From: the human T2T-CHM13v2.0 reference genome, Homo sapiens
DNA length: 64,000 bases
Assembly (NCBI RefSeq): GCF_009914755.1
Contig: NC_060928.1
Reading direction: 5' to 3' (one strand)
Position 1 is the first letter of the stretch; each line of letters starts with the position of its first letter. The translations under genes were made by a program, and so were the position numbers. Under the pieces are notes generated by a model. It saw only the letters and a list, made by a program, of their open reading frames with translations, was not told the origin of the DNA and searched no databases. Shown piece by piece: positions 25,487-39,369 of this stretch.

Positions 25487-28319
25487 TAAATACACAGTTA
25501 CCTTTTAAAGAAATCCCATCCATTTTTTAAAACTTTTCCAGAAGACAACCCCAGGACCAGAGAGCTTTATTAATGAATTATTTTGAACTTTTAAGTAAAA
25601 AATAACACAGTCCTGTACAAACTCTTCCAGAGAGTAGAAGAGGAGGCAAGGGTGTGTTTCTCAGCCCATTCATAAGGCTATCATAGCCCAACAAGAATGT
25701 CACAAGAAAAAAGAGATGGCAGGCCAATCACCACTCATCAACATGATGGAAAAATTCTAATAAACTTCTTGTAAATTAAATCTAGTTATATATAAGGAAA
25801 GATTATATATAATACATAATCATTATTTATGTATAATGAAGTTGGGCTCATTCAAGTAGGCAAAGTGGTTTAACCTTCAAAAACTCAATAAATGAAGTTC
25901 TGTTTGTGAACAAAGAAGAAAAATGCCACATGGTCATCTCCGAAGACTCTGAAAAAGCATTTGATAAACATTAACACACATTTGTGAAGAACTCTGTATG
26001 AATAGAATGGATTTCCTTAATCTGCTAAAATATGTTTACCAAAAACTACACAAAAATATGTTTATTGGTGAAATTTTGCATCTTTGTTTCTAGAAACAAA
26101 AAAAGGATGGCTTCCAACCTCAATTCAACTTAGTGTTGAACTAGAGATCTTAGTAAGTGCAGTGAAGCAAAAATAAATAAGTAAATAAATAAAACTAAGG
26201 ACACATGGATTATAAAGAAAGAAATAAAACTCCCAGCATTCTCAGATGATATGACTATGTACATAGAAAATCTGAGCAAGTCAACAGAATGTGAGAATCA
26301 ATAAGCATATTTTTGCAAATCACTTGTCCAAGGACAATATTCAAACATCAATCATGTTTCTATAAAACATAATGCAAAATAAAATTAAAAAATATTGAGA
26401 AAAGCATTTAATATATATTAAATACCTAGGAAACATGTAATGGAACATGTTCAAGATTTTTTCAGTGAAGAATATAAAATATTGCAAATGAAAATTAAAG
26501 AAGTCCTAAATTAAGACAAGACTATACCATATTCAAGATTTAAAAACTCACTGTTTCAAACATGTCAATTGTTTCTAAAATTATCAATATATTTGACATA
26601 CCTCCCCTTGAAATCCAGTGGATTTTTTCTGGTAGAAAGCAACAAGCTAATTATAAAATGTTAGTGGACATAAAAAAGACCAAGAATAGTCCTGAATTCT
26701 TGAAAAGTAGAAAAAAAGATGCATTCATATTGGCATATATTAAAATTTTTATAGAGCTATAAAAAATGTGGTTTCAGAAATGTTTCTGGAACAATTGGTT
26801 GTCCTTATTTAAAAAAAGAAATTTCAAAGATTTCCAATGTGTTAATCATACATTTTCTTAAAAAGGATAATGTGTTGAGATTGATTCTAAGGACATCTGT
26901 CTATCAAAACATACCGTTAGGAAAAGGGAGGAGGCAATCCACAGAATGGGAGAAGATATTTGCAATGTATATATTCCATAAAAAACTTGTATCCACAGTG
27001 CTTAAAAATTGATTTTAAACAAGCAGAAAATCTAATGGAAAAAAGTGAGTGAAAGACTAAATAGTTACTTCATAAAAGGATATTCAAACACCCAGCAAAC
27101 ATGTGAAGTGACCTCCATTTCATTAGTTATAATGGAGATGAAAATCAAAATTCCTTTGTGAGAGCATAGCAGTACACATCCACTAGAATGGTCAAAATGA
27201 CAGACAGACAACACTAAATATTGGTAAATATGTAGAATAACTAGACTATCATGAAAGTCTTGGTGCAAATGTAAATTGGTACAACCATTTTAAACAACTA
27301 GTGGGCAGTACTGCTAAAATTCAACATATCCATAATATATGACCCAACAATTTAATTCTAGATATACACTCAATAGAAATGAATATACATATATACATAT
27401 ATATTCATATTCTATATATTCTTATATATTCATTTCTATTGAGAGATACACATATATGTTTATCAAAAGACAACAAAAATGTTCAAAGCAGCACTATTTA
27501 GAATAGTTAAAAACTAGAAGCAACTCAAATGGAATGAATTAAATCCAAAGCAAACCAAAACAAAAAAAACTTGTAATATAAACAACAGTGGACATCTACA
27601 CCTCAATGAGCAAAAAAATCTACTACGAATATTTGCAACAGTATGAATGAGTCTCATAAAAATAAAGCCAGACACAAAGTGTATGTACAATTCCATTTAT
27701 AGAGTCTGTGATGTAAATTTCAGGATAGTGGCTACCTTTAAGTTAATAACTGAATGGGCAAAAGAGGGGCTTCTGAGGTCCTGGGAATGTTTTGGTTCTT
27801 CATATATTAAGTTTGTGAAAAATCATGAAGCATATACTTATGACCCGTGTACTTCTTTGTATATATGTTACCCTTTAATTAAAAAGTTTAAACGTATGCA
27901 AACTAGACCCCTAAAAATTATTACAGAAACTTCTTTCAATTAAGCTAGATTTTGGATTTTTTTCCTTCCCAAAAGTTACCAGTGTGCTGAGAATTACATT
28001 AAATACAATTATTTTCATCCAAACTGCCTCTGTATAAGAGCTACAATACCAAATACAGACCACCTCATTTACACAAGCCAATTTCATCAATTAAAGTATA
28101 ATTATTTAATAAGTAGAAACTAATAAAAACGAACACATCTTTCTGTGTTTCATGAGATTTGTGATGTTACTTTAATCTGTAGATTGAACTTATCCTAAGA
28201 AAATATATTTATTTTATCTTAAACATCACAGCTCAAATTCAGTTTAATAAAACCAATATTGCTTTACCATACCACAAACTGCTCTCCATTGTTATTTATA
28301 CAATTCTTCTATTCCCAAC

Positions 28320-29698
28320 AAATTAATCTATTCTGCAAATATTTACTGAAAACCTGCTGTCTGACACTACAATGTGCTGGGAATAAAAGGCAGAGGATAA
28401 GATAGTGGTCTCTTCAGGCTTGCACTTTCCTGGATGGAAACAGACACAACACAATTTCCCCAAAATCACTAAATTATAATGACAATTGCTCTAAAGATGG
28501 ATTACAGCATCCTGAGCACAGATGTAAGAGAATAACTGAACTGTTTCTCTGAGAACAAACAGTTCAAACTGCTATCTATAAGATCCATAGAAATGAATTG
28601 AACAAGAAGAGGAGAGGAGTATTCTAAGCAGAGACTAAGAATATCTTAAAGTCGAGTGGTTAAAAAAAGAAGGATGAATGTGAAGATCAAAAGATCCCAG
28701 TGTCTGGAGTTCTAACAGTCAGTAGATAATCAGCTGGAGCCTCAGTAGGGACAAGATCCTGCAGAGCTTTATAAAGTATGTTATTAAAATTTATTTTCCT
28801 CCTAAAAACAAGGAAAGGCACTGAATAGTTTTAAGCAGAGGAGGGACAGGATCAATTACATGTTGTTCATGTTGTAATCTCTCTGGCTGCAATGCAGACA
28901 ATGGTTTGTGAGGCAAGTCACACAGCTGCATGTAGACCAAAGAAGAAGCTATTATAGAAATTCAGGAAGGGAAAATTGGTGTCTTGAAATTGATTGATTG
29001 TGTGGAGATGGCATGTAATAGATGATTTTGGGAGATATTTAGAAAATAACGTTGAATAGATACGTTTGTGTTGTAGAGAAACTGTTGAGTAAAACCCTTC
29101 CAGCTGGTACTGTGGGTATGTATTGATGCTGCTTATTAAGATAGGGAATATGGAGAAAACAGAGATGAGATTCCACATTTAGTTGCCTCAGTAACTGTGA
29201 AGCTTCCAGTGGGATGTTGAGAAGAGAGATTGAGGCCCACACTGGCTGGTTAACTGACAAATCACTGTCCCCCTTTTTTTTCTTTTCTGGGAACACAGCT
29301 ACCTCCATTTCTTGGGGTTTTCTGAAGTTAGGTGCAGCTATGCGGCTGAATTGTAGAATCCGGGCAGAAGCCTGGTTCATAACTGCTGCACAGTCCAGTC
29401 CCCTCTGTTTCTGGTTACTGACTGAGGAAGATGAGTGGAGGCTTGAGTGTGACGGGATAGCAGCCTGCCCTCAGTGACTGCAAGGGGCAGAGCTCCCTCT
29501 AATGATTCCTAGTGTGCTGCAAAGTAAATGAGAAACAGAAATGCACGGTAGAAGCCTAAGCCACTGAGACTTCAGGATTGTTTTCACAGCTATTAGTTTA
29601 CCTTACCTAATGGAGAAATTGATAGTGAAAGTGTGGTGCTTCTGAAAAAAAAGCAAAACAAAATACAAATGAACTCACATAATACTCATAAATGCATA

Positions 29699-29732
<34 letters not shown>

Positions 29733-30700
29733 TGTGTGTGTATTTGCATGTTCTTTTGCTTTTTTATAGAAGCACCACACTTTCAGTCAAAAAATAAGAA
29801 GTCACAATCTTGAGAGGTCAAAAATAAGAAAACTGTTGTAGACTTTTTAAAATTGGTGGCCTTTTGGGTACATGATTAAAATATTTGGTAAAATTATCAT
29901 CTTTTGTAACCTACTAAACCTATAGCCCTAGGGAAAGAAGTTGAAAAAAATGTTAATAGTGTGTTTTGGCTCCTGTTGGCCAGGTTTGGGTAGGTATTAC
30001 AAGAAATAATTGAGATTAGTAAAGATGAGTTAGTTTTCAAAGAACTAAAAAGAGAGTCTAGAAATGTGGGGTCTCACTAAGTTCAAAAAGCTGACTGTTG
30101 CCATATAGATTCCAAACAGAAAAAGTGGAGGAAGGGTTGTGCCTGATAAAATCCCTTCGATATTCAGTCTGGTGATAAAGATCCAACTATAGTTTATCTT
30201 CCACACAGTTGTTTCGGATCTTCTTATGGTGGCTGCTGTTAGGAGTGAAAGCCGTGGAAGTGAGGAAGCATTAGAACAATATGTTAGAAGAACTTTCGAT
30301 ATTGTTACTAGGACACAGAGTGGAAGCCTATTGAACTCTTGTATTTGTATTGCCAAAAAAAAAAAATGTGAGCTGGATTACATTTAAACAAATAATCCAA
30401 AACAAAATGTAACAACAGTACGATGAAAACCAAATAGCGTCTATTGGATGTGACAACATAGGTGCCAGTGGTGAATTATTAGTGATAGTTATTTTGGTCA
30501 AATGAGAGATAATGGAAATCAGAATTTAGCTTTGATTTAGCAATTTAAGATTGGTGAAGTAAAGAACTACAGAGAGAGAACAGACAAGTCCTTTGATAAT
30601 TTTGACTGTGAAAGAAAAGTGGATATATGTTGAAATGAGGTAAGGGAGAGTTTTATTTTTGCTCATGTTTTTGTTACATAAGTTCAGGCAACTTGAGCAG
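28320..30700 (-). mobile_element. L2 fragments interrupted by MLT1 LTR plus internal sequence (~29270-30350)
   Basis: caaatatttactga and ttttaagcagagg L2 motifs; MLT1 end (aagccactgagacttcaggattgtt) followed by internal-like ggagaaattg...gtggtgct. Confidence 0.55.
29699..29742. repeat. Compound (TG)n(AG)n(TG)n microsatellite
   Basis: Read directly. Confidence 0.95.
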
Positions 30701-32193
30701 AATCAAAAGCTGAATGGTATATTCCTATAGAGAAGCAGTTTGAAGTTATAGACTATTAAAAAGTATAAATTCCTAACAAAGGCAAGAGAGCAGCTATGCA
30801 AATAGAGAAGTTCTGGTCTCAGACATAAGGAGGAACACATCCACTGCAATAACCCAGAGAAGGACGTTGCAAACCATTTAGTCCTGAAGTATCTAAGTGC
30901 AGTGAATACCATATTCCCTCCTATGGGAAACGTAAGTGCTCTATATTTTAATCTTTCAGACACAGGCACTCCCCACCATTCCCAAAGAAATATGATTGAG
31001 ACAATAGAGAAGCATCACATAATCTCAATTTGGTTATCAAATCATAGTATTAATACTTTGGCAGATGTATTATTTTATTAAAAATAAATACCCACCATTG
31101 ATTAGCATTGCTGCTATTTACAGCACCATCAATTTATATGCAATAACAATATCTCATTTAATCCTCATGCAATACAATACCTCATTTAATCCTCCTAAAA
31201 AACTCACAAGACAAACATATTTCTCACACACACCCCAAAATCTGAATTTTAAAGAACTGCCCCATTGTTTTCCCAGTACACTAGTTTGATTTTTTTAATA
31301 ATGGAGATTTTAAGTTAAATTGAATAGATGAAATCTCACTTTCTGGATGCCTCTCTTATCTATTCACAGAGGCTATTCTGATTTCCTTATTGGTGGTGAT
31401 GAAACTTTTCAGTGCCTGAAATTCAATATTTAGTGATGTTCTTTTATTATCAACCCAGAAATCTGATTCCTCTCCACTGCCCTTCTTCTGCTGCTCCTGT
31501 AATCCCTGTGCCAATAGTGTTGTGAAAAGTCTTCTGACCAGTTTAAGTTTCACCAAACTGTGGTATTGATTTTTTTCCAGAAACCTCATCTCTCACCTTA
31601 AAATAGCATTCAACAAAACAGTGTTTTGGAAAACGTAAGAAAATGTAGAAGAAAAATGTGTTCTTAATGTTTTAGTTCTAGCCAAGCCAATACCAGACAA
31701 ATTCTTTGTGCCATAATTACTTCTCCTAGGACCACAGAAGGAAGAATGAATGGAAATAAATTGGAGAAAAAAATGAAATTGGAAAGAAGGCTGTCTTATT
31801 ATACATATCACAGACACTTCAGGTTTCAGTGCTTCAAATTTAGAAAAAGATAAATATCACTTGTTCTCTCTAAAACATGTAGAACAAAAATAATGAGCTC
31901 ATGTCTGTAAGAGTGCCATAAAATAGAAAAAAATATTAGAACTCTTTTTATAATTGGTCTTTAATAAATTATCACTGCATTTTAGAAGCAAACTTACTTC
32001 AATGCTGTGGTCATGTAACTCTTTTAATTGATAACTAGTTTAATAAACATTTATTGCTTGCTATGTGCCATGTCATAAGGAATAAATCTAAATCTCCATG
32101 GACTTACATTTTAGTGAAGGAAACTAGACAATAAAGATAAATTTGTAAATGCAGATAGTAGGTCAAATGGTAGAAAGTTCTCTATGAAAAATA

Positions 32194-32440
32194 GTTCACT
32201 CCTGTAATCCCAGCATTTTGGGAGGCCGAGGCGAGCGAATTGCCTGAGGTCAGGAGTTTCAGACCAGCCTGGTCAACATGGTAAAACCTCGTCTCTACTA
32301 AAAATACAAAAAAAATCAGCTGAGTGCGGTGGCACACCGCTGTAGTCCCAGCTGCTCCGGGAGGTGGAGGTTGCAGTGAGCCGAGACCACCCCACTGCAC
32401 TCCAGCCTGGGACAGAGCAAGACTCTGCCTAGAAAAACAG
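32194..32440 (+). mobile_element. Alu, slightly 5'-truncated, with a deletion in the right arm
   Basis: cccagctgctccgggaggtggagg lacks the ...gaggcaggagaatcgcttgaac segment. Confidence 0.9.
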
Positions 32441-32442
32441 AC

Positions 32443-32447
32443 GAAAG

Positions 32448-32541
<94 letters not shown>

Positions 32542-32557
32542 AGAAAGAGAGAGAGAG

Positions 32558-32612
<55 letters not shown>

Positions 32613-32623
32613 AAAAGAAAAGA
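32443..32623. repeat. ~180-bp pure polypurine tract (GA)n/(GAAA)n derived from an Alu tail
   Basis: Read directly. Confidence 0.97.
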
Positions 32624-33054
32624 GCAGATATAAGGTATAAGCCATTCTATAGATAGGTTGTACAGGAAAACTAACTGAGACATTTCGAGCAAACAAGAAA
32701 AAGGATGAGGCTCACAGGTATTTTGAGGAAAAGCATTCCAGGAAGAGTGAATGGCAAGTGCAAAGGCCCAGAAAGGGCAGAGTTGCTGACGTACACAAAC
32801 AACAATGGCTGGGGCAAATTTAGAAAGGGTGGGAGGAAATGGGTTAGAAGAAGTATACGGTATTGAGTGGCAAGATAAAATTGTGTTTTGTAAGCCATAG
32901 TATAGACTTTGCATTAACTCCTGAATGTGACAGGGAGTTTTAGGAGGTTGCATACAAAACTGTGATCTGATTTCCCTTACTTTCTAAGAGGATTATTTTG
33001 GCTGTTGAGTTGAGAAAAGATGGTTGAAACAGGAGGTTTAAGAATGGAAGCAGG

Positions 33055-33553
<499 letters not shown>

Positions 33554-35088
33554 TTATGGAGGTGGAGAAGACTGTAGAAGGTGCAGCTTACTGAGACAAC
33601 AGCAGGTCTGCAGTGTGATATGTGTTAACTCTGAGAGGCCTCAAAAACATGTTGAATATCCTTAGGATAAATGAGTCTGGATTAGTTCAGAGGAAGATTC
33701 TAGACTGGAGAGATGAATTTGAAGTCATTAGCTTATTGATATTTTCAACCATGAGATTAGACGTTATTTACTAAGAAAGTTAAGGACAAGGAATTAGAAT
33801 GCTAAAAGATTACATGGCTGAGCAAGAATGAGCAAGGAGATTTAGAAAGGCACAGCCAGGGAGTTGATAGGAAAACCATGAGGGGGTTTTCAGGAGGGCC
33901 TCCTGAAATCCAAGGGAAGAATGCATGGCAGAAAGGAGGGAATGACTGACTATATCAAATATTGCTCACAAATTGAGTAAGGATCCAATGTCTTGCAAGA
34001 CCATGCCTAATGATCTCTCATTTTTGGCCTCTTTACCTCATTTAATGACTTTTCTTTCATTCATCCACACTGGTTCAACTGTCATTTCAGGTAAAAACCT
34101 TTTCTTTACTGTCCCATTTGCCTGGAATGTTTCTCCCCCATATAACTTACATGACTTACTTCCTCAACTCTTTCAAGTTTTAACAAAAATGTTACCTTCT
34201 CAGGAAGGCCTCCCCTGAAAATTTACCACCCCAGCCCAACCCTGCAACATTCCTGGAGTATCTCACATGATTAATAATTCTCCATAGCATGTCTCGCTTC
34301 AAAAATACCTTATATTCTATTTATGTATCTAATTAGTATCTATCTCCCTGCATCAGAATACAAACTACACTAGATTTTTACCTATTACATTCACTGCTAG
34401 ATCCTAGTGTCTAGAAGATAACTGTAGTAGGGTCTCAAAATCACATGATACAAAATGAACGAGAACTAAGCACTGGATTTAGCAATCTGGAAAGCATTTG
34501 TTACTCTGCCATGACTAATTTCCATGGAGTATTGAGTACAGGAGCTGATTACATGGGATTTAAGATAAAATGATAGGAGAGTAACTGGAGATGATTATAC
34601 ATCTCTTTTACATAAATATGCTGTAGAGGAAAGCAATAAATAGGCTTGCTGTAGATCAATGTAGAATTAAGTGAAGGTGTTTGTTTTAATTTTTATTCTT
34701 GTTTGATTATTTTAAGATTGGGATAAACCATTTGAAAGGGAAAAAATGCTGATTCAGAAGAGATTAGAGAGAAAAAAATTTTGGAGTGATAACCTTCCCT
34801 CAAGGAGGTGAGGAGCCTATGATCTAGAAGACACCAAATGCTTTGGCCTAAGAAAAATGGGGACTTCATCCACAATAAAAAGAGAAAAAGCAGGGATTAT
34901 GCATGTTGATGCAGAGAGGTTGATAGATGAATAATGGAAATTTACAGAAATGCACTTCTGATTATTTCTAATTTCTCCCTAAAATAGGAAGCAATTTTTA
35001 ACTCTATGGATAGAAATAGTGTTGGAAGATTGATAAGAGTTATGATATAGTAACCAACCAGGGGATGTAGAATAGTGAATGTTCCAGA

Positions 35089-35499
<411 letters not shown>

Positions 35500-36151
35500 T
35501 TCTAGAAAAATGGAGTAGGTTTATTGGGGGTTCTGAGTGCTCACCTAAACTTAGGTGAGTCTCAGCATGCGTTTTACTCCAGCCACATTATGCTATGCAG
35601 GCTCAAGTGTGGAGGAATAGGCAGACAGCTGAATTAAATCAAGGTTGGCATCTTACCATGCTTGTTTAAGGAAAATAGAGGGTCAAAGGAGCTGAGTATT
35701 TGACAAGGAAGATTTTACAATGATGAACTTGCAGTATAAGCTAGTTACTGGGGAAATTAAGGACATAAGGGGACTGAAGGACTGTAGGAGATCAATAGAT
35801 AGGTCCTCATGGAGTAAGAAAGCTGGAAACAGCAGATGGAAGATGGAAATTAGATACCTAAAAATTAGATTATGCATGGTTTGCAATTATTAGAAATTGT
35901 GAGTTTTTAGGATTTCAGTGGCTAGGGTGGGATGGGGTCAAAACCATTGGAGGAGAAGAAACAAATACCAGCCTTTGCAACTGACTTGTCAAGGTATTTA
36001 TATTAATAACTGAAGTCTCCTCTTGGCTTACCAGAAACCTCTCTTGTTACTTCAAGCATTAATTTTACACTTATATAAATCAATAGGTATTCTATTCAGA
36101 GAAATGTGAATGGTACCTGATGATGCTTGGGTATTAGTTAGTAGATGTTAA

Positions 36152-36509
<358 letters not shown>

Positions 36510-39369
36510 AAAAATGTGATTTTTCTACCATTTGCATTTATCACATTGTTAGCTCTAACCTACTTTGTGTACTACTTACAAGTTATGATCTAGGTGGCTT
36601 AGAAAACATAATTACTTTTAAGTCACGGAGGTGTCATTTGGTAAAATTATTGTCCTGTTAAGTTTCATTCTTGTGTTAAAGTAATTGGCTGAGTTATTCA
36701 CACATTCCTTGAAGTGTTGTTAGTATTTCTTAAAACTCACTCCTTGTTTCTGGGAATCTTCTTTATATATCAAAAGGCTAGAATGACATCATCTTTTCTT
36801 TTGCAAAAGGTGATTAATAGATTAGTTAATAGGTGAACAGGTTTCTATAAAAAAAATAGACGTCAGAGTTAAATAATTTTAAAAGACCAGAAAAAAATTT
36901 GCTAATTCTCAATGCTCATTTACTAGAAAACACAAAAGAACTTCATAGTGGATTTTTAGTGGATCATATGGGTAAGCCTTTACCGGCATGTCAACTAATA
37001 CATCGGCCAAAATGGTAATGTTAATTTATTTATGACAAGTTGTATAAATATTTCAGAGAAAAGACATACCAGTATCTTTGAGACACACCAAAAAATGTGG
37101 AGAGAGAGAAAAAACAATAAATCTGGTGCTTAAAATCTGGTGCTTACACACACATAGTTAGTATCCTAAGTGATACCAAAAAAGCACCTCTGCTCCATCT
37201 TTTGGTGCAATATTTTTTGATTATTGTTCTGTCCGATATACATGAAATGGTTTGGAGAATTTGACTCACACAGTTAGATTTATCTTCGAATATTATATTT
37301 CTATTCGGATGGCTCTCAAGAGACAAAAATAATTGTTGAAAAAAGTAAAAAAGCAAACATTGCAACACTTCTCTAAAGACAAAAATAGTTCCCATGTTTA
37401 AAATCAGAGCAGTGGTGTTGGGTAGCTGGATGGGATCAGCTCCTCTGTCAGTGGGTTCCAGGTTCTCGGAGACTAAAGAGTGTTCTCTTTAGTGTTCCAA
37501 CACCTGGACAACGAATACTTGCTCAAGAACCTAGAGTGGAGGGCAAAGAACCCTGAAGAAAACAGTATATGCAGTCTCAATTATTTTTTGCATATTTTTT
37601 ACTTAATATGCTATTATTTCTTGGTCTAATTTGGGGTTTTTGTAGTTTTGACTTTTTAAAATTATTCCTACATGAAATACATTGCTTCCAATAACATTGC
37701 TCTTTTCTTTCTCTCTCTTACTCAGAGAATAATAACAGAATTAGTTGGATTTACACTTACCGGCTCTTCTCCTTTCTATTTTTTAATTTTCCAATTGCTT
37801 GTTTATTTTTAAATTTTGTTTGGTATTTCCAACTATGTATAAAAGATTCTACAGATTAGCAATACAGTGGTCAAAATGATATTATTTCATTTAATATTTT
37901 ATTTCATTATTCATTTAATAATGAGTTAAAGAATTGATTTCTCTCATTTTTAAGTTGTTTTCAATTTTATATTGCTAACCTGTGATGGGTTTTTGTGGTA
38001 AAGAGCCAAATAACCTAAAATGATCAGAAAGGTAAAATGTTTTTTGTAAGAAGAAACTCAAGGTCCTGGGCTTATTTAAGAAAATAAAAACACATTTGAG
38101 CTAGAAGCATTTTATACAGATTTGACTCCATTGACTTAAAACAATCTTTTATCTGAAAACCTCACAGGAAACCAAAGAGAATTTCTTCAAGATATTATAG
38201 TATAATTTAAATTGCATGGTGGTCATTATATTTCTGCTACCAGGTTGCCTAAATGAAATATATTTTAAAATCACCTGTTTCTATTTTGTCTAAGGCAAAT
38301 AAATAAATAAAACAAAGATCTACTTGTTCTTTGAAGAAATCTGATATTTTTGTTTTAACATAAAGAATGAAACTATTTACATGCAAGTTAGAGCTGATCT
38401 ACACACATCTTATTCTCAAAGTAAGTAATTTCCTTAGGCTTAATATTAACCTTAAAATTCTCAAAAGGAAATTACTTGCTTTAAGGATAAAATGCACATT
38501 TTTACAAAGAGAAATTGACTTTTCAGTTTTCAAAAATTATAATAATCTTATAATAATCCACTTTTTGTAAAGCATATATTATAAAATTGTTGTTCATATT
38601 CATATTGTGTAGTATACAATTATGTTGCAGCTATTATAAGGATTTAATAAACACTGGAAGTAAGAATTATCATTTAATAAGATATAGGTAGAAAATAATT
38701 TTATTTTCTTAAAAATAACTTTTAAAAACATAATTAAAATCCTTTGTCTACATCTACTTATAATTATTGTAGACATTTCTAACATAAGTTCATGAGGTTT
38801 TCATGTTCCCATTCAAAGTAATATGTAAGTAGAGACTAATATAATTCCTTAAGCCTTATGAAAGTTAGTATTTTTATTGATAACTATCTTATTATTTTTA
38901 ACTTGCCATAACTTCTAGTTTGGCCAGAAGAAATCAGATCTAAAACATACAAAGCCTAGAAAAAATGTAAATACATTTAAATTTCATTGCTCTCACCTTT
39001 GTATTTTGAAGCAAACCAAGAAAGCATTTTTCTTTCTGAATTGCATTAGGCTTTTTTTTCTGTTTGTTTGTGAAGTACTAAAGGAAACACAAAACAGTAG
39101 AGATCAGACAAGAAAATGGCAGCACTCAGAAAAAGTTATCATTTTCTAAATAAAATAACCTCCAAAGTCTTTACTCCCTCTGTCCAGCATTCTGATATTG
39201 AATATTTACGCACAGAATCGTCATTGAATTTTGACGTGTTAGTTCAGCTCAGCTGAAGTAGAATCATAAGGGGATGGCATCTATTGTACTTGAAAAGAAT
39301 TCACACACATAGGAAAGAGGAATAAACAAAACAAAAAAGAAAAAAAACAGATACACTGCAGAAGCTAAT

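Larger units (their letters stand above)
22960..27890 (+). mobile_element. Ancient L1 (L1M-type) remnant with ORF1, ORF2 and 3' UTR traces
   Basis: A-rich degenerate motifs, e.g. gaaaaagcatttgataaa, gatgatatgact (FADD region) and gaatgggagaagatatttgcaa. Confidence 0.7.

Noticed and set aside
32316-32953. ORFs rich in ER/RK or LS/F repeats
   Set aside because: Translations of the (GA)n/(GAAA)n tract and Alu sequence.
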